Assembly: GCA_965240325.2 (NCBI GenBank)
Contig: OZ251252.1
Location: forward strand, 558,001-622,000
Source: Rebecca billardiae RCC1528
Lineage: Eukaryota > Protista > Haptophyta
Direction: 5' to 3'
DNA: 64,000 bases
The notes beneath the pieces were generated by a model. That model had not been told where the DNA came from, searched no databases, and was given only the letters and a program-made list of their open reading frames with translations. The translations under genes were made by a program, and so were the position numbers. Within the stretch, counting starts at the first letter, position 1; each line of letters starts with the position of its first letter. Positions 55,780 to 64,000 of the stretch are shown here, in pieces.

Positions 55780-57828
55780 TCACAGTCGGCTGCGCGGCGC
55801 AGGCCCACCGCCGGACGTCGGCGTGGGCGCGGCATCGAGGACGGCCCCGATCATCGCAAGCGCCTCGGCCACCGCGTCGCCAAATCTGGCCACGTCGGGC
55901 ACGCCCGAGCCCGCCTCGCCCTCGCGAGCACGCACGGCGCCGCCCGCGAGCGCGGTGATGTTCAGAGTGAACCCGCGAGCGTCATAGACGTACCCGAGGC
56001 CGTACCCGTTTGGAACGACCGGGCCGAAACCGAATGCGCTGAGGGCGGGCGAGCGCAGGCACGAGGTGGAGAGCACCGAGGCGCACGCGCGCGCCCACGC
56101 CGGGTCCGTGTACAGCGCGGGCAGCCCCCCTTCTGCCCGCTCCTGCGCCAGCCCCAGCAGCGCCTGCAGGTGGCGCTCGTGGCCGAGGCCCGCCTGGCAG
56201 AATCGGACGGTCTCGGCGTGCGCGCGGCACGCGGCGGCGAGGGCCGGGAGCAGCGCGGGGCTCGCGCCGCGCGTGCGCAGCGCGAGCGCGACGAAGGCGC
56301 GCGACTCGTCGCTCACCGCCCGGATCGTCTCGGTCCGGCCGTGCCGGAACGCCTGCGTCGAGCACGCCTCGTACACGGACGCGGCGGGCAGGCCTTCGGC
56401 GCCGTCCGCGCCGCCGTCCGCGCCGTCCGCGCGGCCGTGCTCGAGCGCGTCGGCGAGCTGGAAGGACATCTGCACGACGGCGTCGAGGCCGAGGCCATGC
56501 GCGCGCGTGCGCGCCGACGTCCACCCGTCGAACCGCCGCATCTGCTGCGCGAGCTCGGCCCGCATGCCTCGCGCGTGCGCGCCGGCCGCGCGCACAGTCG
56601 GCTCGAGCGAGGGCGGCACTGTGAGCGCCAGTGCGCTGGGCGCGCGCGAGGGTGCTGCGCCCGGCTCGGCTGAGGGCGCGCCGTGCGCAGCGGCGAGCTT
56701 GTCCACGTCCTCCAGCATGCGCAGCAGCTGCACGCCGTCGTACGGCGCGTGCTCGAAGCACAGCCCCGCCTCTCCGTTCGCGTAAAGAATCAACTGCAAC
56801 TTATCGTACCAGCGGTCTGCCTCGCCGCCGGCGCGCGGCGGCGCGAGCAGCGTTTCAGACAGGGCGACGTCGAGGGCGGGCGGGGCGGAGGGGTCGAGGC
56901 AGAGCACGAGCAGCGCCTCGTCGATGCACGCGAGCGAGCCCGGGTTCGGCCCGCCCGCCTCGACGAGCGCTGCGCGCGCCGCGGCCCACTCGTCGCGCTC
57001 GAGAGCGGTGAGGTTTCCCACGCAGCGGTGCGGAGGCGCGGCGACCGCAGCGCCCGCGCTGGCGCTCGCGCCACGCGTGGGCGCGCCGCCGCCGTCCTCC
57101 TCGCAGATGGCGTGCAGCACGGCGCGCAGCGTGGTCGGCGGCACGGGCTCGTCGGCCTCGGTGAGCACGTCCACCGCATAGAAGGCGCCTCGGCGCAGCA
57201 CGACCACGTGCCGGGGCGCGAGCGCGGTGCTAAACTGATCGGGACCGCCGGCGCGCGGGAGCCGCGCAGTGCCGAGCACGTGCGCGAGCGAGTTCATGCA
57301 GCGCGCGCTGCCGTCGCGGCCGAGCTCGAGGTCGAGCTCGCCGTGGCGAAGGAGGGCACTCCACCGCCCGACCGCCGAGAGCAGCGTCGACGCGCGCCAC
57401 AGCGGGTCCTCCGCGGCCCACGGCACGGACCGCAGCACGACGGCAGGATTCGAATTGACGGGCACCGGCGCGCGCGGGCCGAGGTACGCGATGTCGTACC
57501 AGCGCGACTCGATGTACGACGAGGCGGCTGGGAGAGCAGCATCGCGCGCGAGCAGCTCGGACTGCAGCGCGCGGCCCTCGCCGCTCTCGAACGCCGCGAC
57601 CGCGGCGCGAGTCGCCTCCCGAGCGCGCGCCGAGCGCTGCAGGGGCAGCGCGGCGCGAAGGTACTTGCGGCACGTGTCGGCCAGCGCGGGCACGGGCAGC
57701 CGAGGCACGCGCTGCTGATGCGCCACGTATCGCGGGTGGTGCAGCCCCGCCGCCGCGTTCGCCTGCCACCACGCCTGCGCGCGCATCTGCGCCGATGCCA
57801 CCTCGGGCCGTGCGTCGGCCACGTTCAT
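55780..57828 (-). CDS. Choline/carnitine O-acyltransferase, peroxisomal (PTS1 -SRL)
   Basis: PRLPVP.L..T..KYL, DRWYDK, FEHAPYDG (catalytic His), YEACST..F.HGRTETIR, LSTS and FGPVVPNGYGLGY motifs. Ends in SRL. Confidence 0.92.
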   Translation of the reverse strand: MNVADARPEVASAQMRAQAWWQANAAAGLHHPRYVAHQQRVPRLPVPALADTCRKYLRAALPLQRSARAREATRAAVAAFESGEGRALQSELLARDAALPAASSYIESRWYDIAYLGPRAPVPVNSNPAVVLRSVPWAAEDPLWRASTLLSAVGRWSALLRHGELDLELGRDGSARCMNSLAHVLGTARLPRAGGPDQFSTALAPRHVVVLRRGAFYAVDVLTEADEPVPPTTLRAVLHAICEEDGGGAPTRGASASAGAAVAAPPHRCVGNLTALERDEWAAARAALVEAGGPNPGSLACIDEALLVLCLDPSAPPALDVALSETLLAPPRAGGEADRWYDKLQLILYANGEAGLCFEHAPYDGVQLLRMLEDVDKLAAAHGAPSAEPGAAPSRAPSALALTVPPSLEPTVRAAGAHARGMRAELAQQMRRFDGWTSARTRAHGLGLDAVVQMSFQLADALEHGRADGADGGADGAEGLPAASVYEACSTQAFRHGRTETIRAVSDESRAFVALALRTRGASPALLPALAAACRAHAETVRFCQAGLGHERHLQALLGLAQERAEGGLPALYTDPAWARACASVLSTSCLRSPALSAFGFGPVVPNGYGLGYVYDARGFTLNITALAGGAVRAREGEAGSGVPDVARFGDAVAEALAMIGAVLDAAPTPTSGGGPAPRSRL

Positions 57829-57887
57829 TCAGTCATCGGACGAGCGGCCGGACACCACCGAACAAGGGCGAACACGCTCGCAGGGCG

Positions 57888-58790
57888 ATGGCAGCCTCCT
57901 CATCATCGATGCGCCCGATGATGTGCCACGCACTCGTCCTGTGCGCGCTGCCGCTGGCTGCGGGCTGGGGCGGGCCGCGGGCTGTGGGCGCACGCACATC
58001 CAGCGCTCAAGCTCAAGCCCACGTTCTCGTGCGGGCCCGCCCGATCGCGGCTGCGCCCCCGCCGGTGAAGGGCAGCTATTATCGCCGCCCGGCCAAAGCG
58101 GTGGAGCGTGGCGGTGGCTTCTTCATCCCGGGCCTCGAGGGCGACAAGCTACGGCTCGCGGCGGCGTCGTTCGTCAGCGTGGCGCTCATCGCGAACCACG
58201 CCGCGAGCGAGCAGCCGATCGCGGCCTCGCAGGTCACCAGCGAGGTCATCGGCGCCGCCCTGTGCGCATGGGCGCTCGTTGGTGTTGCCGTGGACAGACT
58301 GGTCGCGGAGGTGAGCGAGCGCGGCGCGCAGGCGCGCTCCGAGGCCAGCACGGGAGGGAGCTCCGAGACGCGCGGGCTGCTCCGCATCAGCGAGAGCTGC
58401 CCGCCTGCCGCGGCCGACGGCTTCCCCTGGGTCGCGACCTGCGTGCTTGCTTCCACGCGGGGCTCGACGGCGTTGCTCGTGCGGCCGGCTGACGGCGCCG
58501 TTCTCGCGGTCTGCGGCCAGCTGGCGCGGGACGGCGCCGGGCCGGTGCTGAGCGAGCCGGCGCGTGCGGCCGTCGCCCGATGCGCAGCCGGTGGCGCAGC
58601 CGTCCTCGACGAGCCGTCCGTCGCCGAGTCGTGCGCGGTCGCATCTGCCGCTGTCTGCGCGGCCTCGCCGGAGCTCGCGCTGGTGGTGACGGCAGATGCT
58701 CCAAGCGCGTTGGCCGACGACGACCGCGAGTGGCTCAGCAAGCTCGCGGCTCGCCTCGACGGGGCCGCGATGACCGGCGGCTCTCCGTGA
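57888..58790 (+). CDS. Cofactor assembly of complex C subunit B (CCB2/CCB4-like), plastid-targeted
   Basis: RGGGFFIPGLEG..LRL......AL.ANH....SQ..SE.IG plus two TMs, W....VL..T, and C-terminal DREW. Bipartite signal/transit-like N-terminus. Confidence 0.75.
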   Translation: MAASSSSMRPMMCHALVLCALPLAAGWGGPRAVGARTSSAQAQAHVLVRARPIAAAPPPVKGSYYRRPAKAVERGGGFFIPGLEGDKLRLAAASFVSVALIANHAASEQPIAASQVTSEVIGAALCAWALVGVAVDRLVAEVSERGAQARSEASTGGSSETRGLLRISESCPPAAADGFPWVATCVLASTRGSTALLVRPADGAVLAVCGQLARDGAGPVLSEPARAAVARCAAGGAAVLDEPSVAESCAVASAAVCAASPELALVVTADAPSALADDDREWLSKLAARLDGAAMTGGSP

Positions 58791-60399
58791 GGAGCGGCGC
58801 GGCGCGCTGCTGACTGCCGCCGCCGTGCGGTCAGTCGATCTGCTGTGGCACAAGAGTATATCCTTCGGTCTGACTGAAACCGCGCCGTGATGTATATATC
58901 ATACGCGCGCGCCCTCAGCGCTGCAGCTGAGCCACAGCTCGGCAGCGCATGAGACTGAGTCGTCGTCATGCACTGCTCAGTCGCATGCGCCGCCGCCGCC
59001 CGCGCGCCGTCGGCGAGGCCCAGCCGCGGACTCGGGCCACGACTGCGGCACGCTTACGCTAAGCCGCCACGCTCTGATAGTGACGCCGCACTGGCCGGAT
59101 AGAGTGGCAGCAGGATACGGCACGGGATTCGCGTGCGGCGCGCATCAATATATATATATATATATATACATACGGGCACGGCGGCGGCGGAGTAGAACGC
59201 GCGCTGACGATGCTGAACAGCTACACAGTGGAGAAAGATCGGGCCGAAGCCGTTTGATGAGCATGGTCGGTTGTGAGCACGCCCATTCGAATCGATGGCG
59301 CGCTCCGAGCGGCGGGCATGCGCGCATGTGTGCCGCGAGGGGGGATGCGAGGCGTCGGCCGGCTTGCCAAGGCGGTTCCCCGGGGCGGCGTCACCCTCGC
59401 CCGCCCCTCCTCGCCCACCCTCGCCCCACGGGCGGCCACACGTGAGCTGTTAAGATGACTTCACGGGGGCCGCGCGGCACGCGCGCGGAGAGGCGAGGAA
59501 GTGGTGTTTCGCGGAAAAACGTTCTATAGCATTGTGCCCAACCCATGTGGGCACCCGCTCCACAAGTTTGTACGCCGCCAAACCGCACACAGCGGCCTGA
59601 GCAGCTCCCAGACTAATTCTATGATTTAAAGACACAGGCACGAGGGCGCAGCTCTCCTGATTCGTCTGTAGTGGTACTGGTCGAAGCTTGCAAGTGCAGC
59701 AGTTGCAGTGGTGTGAGCGCGTTGATGTTGGTCCCCATGGCGGATGTCGTTGTTGTCGTCGTCCGGACGTCGTCAGGCCCACCAGGAAGTGCATGGGTAC
59801 GAAAACAAAGGCGAGTGAGCATGTTGGCGTCGGCCAGGCCGTCCCCTACTTGGTCAGCAGCTGGTGCGGATGATGTCGTCGCCTACTTGGTCAGTGGCAG
59901 GTCATGGTGGACGATGGTGTAGCCTGTTCTTGGTCAGCAGCTGGTGGATGATGTTGTGGCCGAAGTTAGTAGACTGAGTTTCGCTCTTGAAGCCTGTTTT
60001 TGGGCCAGATCTTGGTGTGGATGTAGCGCGGCGAGGAGGCGCCGGGCGCGCGCCCGAGCTGCGTGCTGGCACTCGCCATGACCAATATGCATCGTCCGTC
60101 GCGAACGACCCGGCTCGCCTCGACCTCTCCGACCCGCCGGGCAGCCACGACCGAGCACGGCACGACAATGGCCAAACCGGGAGGCTTCTCAGACCGCGTG
60201 GGATGGGCATAGGCGCGAGAGAGGGCGCCCAGCGCGCTCTTGAGATGCACAGGAGTACGCACTGATGCGTATGGAACCATCCCATCACGATCGCCCCGAC
60301 CTGGCGCGCCCTATCTGGCCCGTCAGGCTGCCCGCGCCGCCGCCGCCGCGCCTCGCCGCCGCCACGGGCGCCGCCGCATCGCGGGCACGTGGGTAAGTC

Positions 60400-60698
60400 T
60401 GTATTCAACAAATACAGAATTTCCGGTGCGGCCCTCTGTTGGGCGGCAAGGTCGATCTGGTCGACACCTGCCGCGCGGCATGGGCCACGGCGCGGCGAGG
60501 TGGCGGCTGGCGCACCGCGGCGCGGGCGGGATGGCTCGAGGACACCACCGCCCCGCCTCCCACGCCGCGCCGTGCGCGTGCGCCGTGCTCTCGTCGCGTA
60601 CCGAATTTCCTGCGGCGAGCGACGTCACACAGCGCGACCATGCCATCGCGCGACCAAGTGCCGTCCAGCGCGGCGATTTGTCGTATTTGTTGAATACA
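60400..60698. repeat. 16-bp inverted pair of self-palindromic AT-rich sites bracketing ~270 bp
   Basis: TGTATTCAACAAATAC at 60400-60415 and GTATTTGTTGAATACA at 60683-60698. Confidence 0.6.
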
Positions 60699-61815
60699 TG
60701 CGGGTACGAATCGGACGCACGACGCCCTCGACGCACACGTCGAGAGCCACGCGCGCGGCGTGGACTGGCACACGACGCGGAGATGGCGGGCGCGGTGCCG
60801 CGGGCGCGCGACTGGTCTAGAACAGCACAATGAAGCGCGGGACGGCGCTGCGCGCGTGGGCTCGCTGCCGTCTCCTCGCAGTCGAATATTTCTGTGCACC
60901 CTCCTACCAGGTCAGTCGACCGACTTGCACGCGGCATGCGAGCACTGCGTGCGGGGAGGAGTGTGACATGGCAGGCTGTGGCGAGGTGGATGGCCGTGCA
61001 GGAGTATGCTAGGAAGGGCCGCTCCCGCGCTCGCGCGGTGCCTCGCGCACGCCTCGTCGAGGACGAGCGTGTTTGAATGGCTCCGGGGAGGCCTGAGACT
61101 TCGCTTGTTCACAGCAGCGCGCGACAGGTGCACACAACGAAGGTGACGACCAGGCACTCCGGCGAGGGCGGCTGTGCTGGCAGCAGACTGCATTCGGAGT
61201 AAGATGCGCCATCTTACGCGCCGCTTCGCCTCGCTGCATCGCCGCACTGAGCAGCAGGGCTCCACGCTCACGAATGGCTCACCACGAGCTACGTGACCGG
61301 CCAGCCGCGTGCAACCCGGCGAGGCAGAGAGGGGCGGAGGGATGGGGAGGCTGGGTGGGATGTTGCAGTCCCATGCCCGGGGCACTCGTCAGGCGCCTGC
61401 GCGGCCACCGTAGCGTCTTCTGTGCGCTCGTGCGACCCGCGCGAGAATTTCCCCGAAAATCGGCTCGTGTCGGACGGGTTACGGTAACGATAATCCCGTT
61501 TTTGTTCACTGTGATACTGTGAGTACTGATGCATGCGCGCGCCGCGGCGCCGCCCATATTAATCACGGCGGGCGCTCGCAATCTGAATAATATGCTGAGC
61601 AGCGGCGCGCAAGCTACTACGGCGCCGCTAGTCGTGCCGAGTGCCGGTCGGCCGGCGCCCGCGGCACACATCAAGCAGCGCACTGCGCAGTATATATATA
61701 TATATATGTCTAGCCGTCCTCGAAGCGCCTGCGCCATCCAGATGCAGCGAGGAGGCGAGGCAAGGCGCCGGGCAGGGCGGAGCCACGCAGCGAGATACCA
61801 AGACTCTATACATTA

Positions 61816-62480
61816 TGTCGAAGGGAATGAAGAGCCCGAAACGACTGAGCTAAATCGGTTGGCGCGAACCGATTTCGCTCAGTCGTTTCGGGCTCTTCAT
61901 TCCCTCGGACATAACCGTAAGTCTCCTGTGGGACACCCCGCGAGGGGCTGTAGTCCCGTCCAGTGTTCTGACGGATTTGTTGTCGAGGTTTTTCTCTCCC
62001 CGCCTGGTCTTTCCCAGGTGTTCCACCCTGCGTGCTCGTCTGCTCTGTGGCTTCGTAGAGACTCCGTCTTTTGTGGGCGGTGAGCCCTTCTTTGCTGCTG
62101 TGGCTTTGTGAGGCTCTTTTTGTGTCTTTGTTGTTCACCCGGGCGACTGTACCCGGAGGTTGCGCGTCGCGGACCGTGCTCGTTTTTTTTTTTTTGTCGT
62201 CGTCTTTCTTTGTCGGTCATCTTCTTCGTGCTCCCCTCTTTCGTTCGTCTTTTTGCCGACTCCTCGCTTTTCATTCCCCCCCGGAGCCGCGAGGCTCTCG
62301 CGAGGTCGAAAGCGCTTCGCGTGAAAGGCCAAGAGTTGCCCGCGTCGGTCGGTCGCTGGATTCGAACAGGTGACTTTACGGTTGTGTCGAAGGGAATGAA
62401 GAGCCCGAAACGACTGAGCTAAATCGGTTGGCGCGAACCAATTTAGCTCAGTCGTTTCGGGCTCTTCAACTCCTCGGACA
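61816..62480. mobile_element. 665-bp element bounded by two 96-bp hairpins with TGTC...GACA termini
   Basis: Hairpins at 61816-61911 and 62385-62480, each with 45-bp arms and a GGCGCG loop. The interior is T-rich and non-coding. Confidence 0.75.
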
Positions 62481-62485
62481 TAACC

Positions 62486-63874
62486 GGGAATTACGATGAA
62501 GTCTTCTCTCCTACCATCAGGTACGAGGAAGTCAGGCTACTGCTCGCGATCGCCACCTATTACAGGAGCCCTCAGCGTCCTTGGTTGGCACACGGAGCAG
62601 ATGCAGCCACAGCATTCCTCAGTGCTGACGCTGAGAGTACAAACATGTACATCAGCTTGCCGCCGCTGTATCATCACAATCTGTCACCAGGTGAAAATGA
62701 GATTGCAGCTGGCAGAGCAATTAAGAATTTGAACGGCTTCAAACAAGGGAGTCGTATGTGGTACTTGCACAACCACAAAATTCTGCTCAAGATTCGTTTC
62801 GAGCGCCTGGCACAATCTTGGTGCATTTACATCAGGCGTGAGAAAGACGTAACCGATATCATCGGTGTTTACGTCGACGATATTATCGTCATGAGCAACT
62901 CGGCAGACAAGAATCGCCCCAAGGGGATCATCGCCGAGCTAGGCAAATTTTACGAAGTCAAGGACCTCGGTCCGCTGGACAGCTTTGTCGGATTGAGTAT
63001 CCGACAGGAGCGCGATTGTACGCTCATTCACATGAGCAAGTACATCAGCGAGTTGCTTGAGAAGCACTCCGTGTCCAATTTGAGCGGATCCGAGACTCCG
63101 ATGCGAGTGAGCAACAGCCAGCCTGAGCCTGAGGGCGAGGCGCTGAGCGACCGAGATGCATCGAAATTTCGTGCTCTCGTCGGCGCGCTGCTGTTTGTCA
63201 TGAACGCGTGTCGTCCTGACATCAGCTACGCGGTGAACATGCTCGCACGGAAGATGGCAAAGCCTGACTCCACCGATATGGTGGCAGCCAAACGCGTGTT
63301 GCGGTATCTCGCTGGTACTCGCACCGTGGGACTGAAATATATCAGCAAGGCAGCGGCTTTACAGCGCGATCCTGCGCAGCCGAGATACATTCACAACGAA
63401 ATGTTTGTGGACTCGGATTGGGCCAATGATGCCGAACGGCGACGCTCCACCGGAGGATACGTTTATTTCTTCGCCGGTGCTCCAGTCACCTGGCGCTCGT
63501 TCAAGCAGTCTATCGCTGCTTTATCCTCGTGTGAAGCTGAGTACATCACTCTTTCTGAGGGAGCCAAGGAGGCAGTATATCTCAGAGATGTACTTACCGA
63601 TCTACTTGGTCAGACATGCCCAAATCACGTGGTCATCCACGAAGATAATAAGGGGGCGAAAGATCTGTCCAAGAATGCCGTTCACCATCGCCGCTCCAAG
63701 CACATAGACGTGCGCCATCATTTTATCCGCGATTGCGTGGAATTGGGCGCAGTCGTCGTGGAGAAAGTCCACACTGCTGAGAATATTGCTGATATATTCA
63801 CCAAGGCGTTACCAAAGGCGGACTTCTTGAAGTTCCTACATCGGATGCTTCATGCTTTTGTCCTGGACAAATAA
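62486..63874 (+). mobile_element. pol: Ty1/Copia pol fragment: reverse transcriptase + RNase H, 5'-truncated
   Basis: Open frame from 62486: NYDEVFSP..R...RLLLAIA, D..TAFL, GFKQGSR.W, YVDD, DLG; RNase H FVDSDWA, LSSCEAEY, EDN, KHIDVRHHFIR, ADIFTK. GC content is lower than the host genes. Confidence 0.95.
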
Positions 63875-63898
63875 GTCACAGGGTAAGCTTCCGATTGT

Positions 63899-64000
63899 GG
63901 GGGGGTGTCCGAGGTTATCCGAGTTGTTCGGGGTTTTCCACGCTGAGAGCCACTGGGAAAAGAGACCCACACTGGGATTTCCGGATAAACAAACCCTCCT
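63899..64000 (+). mobile_element. Polypurine tract and start of the Copia 3' LTR (runs off the window)
   Basis: G7 tract at 63899-63905 immediately followed by TGTCCGAGG at 63906, ~30 nt after the pol stop. Confidence 0.85.

Noticed and set aside
59080-61800. Protein-coding genes in this interval
   Set aside because: No coherent frame or domain; it contains repeat termini and short degenerate repeats consistent with TE debris.
62348-62428. Functional tRNA gene
   Set aside because: Acceptor, T and anticodon stems do not pair properly. Kept only as a tRNA-like remnant.
61816-62480. 5' LTR of the adjacent Copia
   Set aside because: It does not match the 3' LTR start at 63906 beyond the terminal few bases, no PBS/gag follows, and pol starts mid-RT.

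Overview
Very GC-rich, gene-dense eukaryotic nuclear DNA with short (GC)n-rich spliceosomal introns (one GC-AG) and plastid-related genes. This looks like a haptophyte-type alga, which is an inference. About 17 host genes are present: a 5'-truncated giant Pro-rich repeat membrane protein, an RRM+WW (FCA-like) RNA-binding protein, a two-pore K+ channel, a DsbA/FrnE-like oxidoreductase with an in-frame active-site TGA and a SECIS-like 3' hairpin (probable selenoprotein missed by the ORF track), two neighbouring multi-TM proteins with C-terminal TIR-like domains (one PA-7TM-TIR with an intact catalytic Glu, one degenerate), OGFOD3, F-box/LRR, an APH/homoserine-kinase-II-like kinase, F-box-SET, GT47, VTT/DedA, ABC-F, RING-F-box-RCC1, an apple/PAN-like protein, a putative glycosyltransferase, a peroxisomal carnitine acyltransferase and CCB2/4. 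Mobile DNA includes a 4.67-kb element with 848-bp TIRs and a 5-bp TSD, a complete 1.49-kb non-autonomous LTR element (TRIM-like) plus a related solo LTR, a 0.6-kb MITE, and a Copia RT-RNaseH whose 5' side is replaced by a 665-bp element bounded by two 96-bp hairpins. Most other listed ORFs are antisense or GC-bias shadows. All assignments come from reading motifs by eye; no database searches were run.
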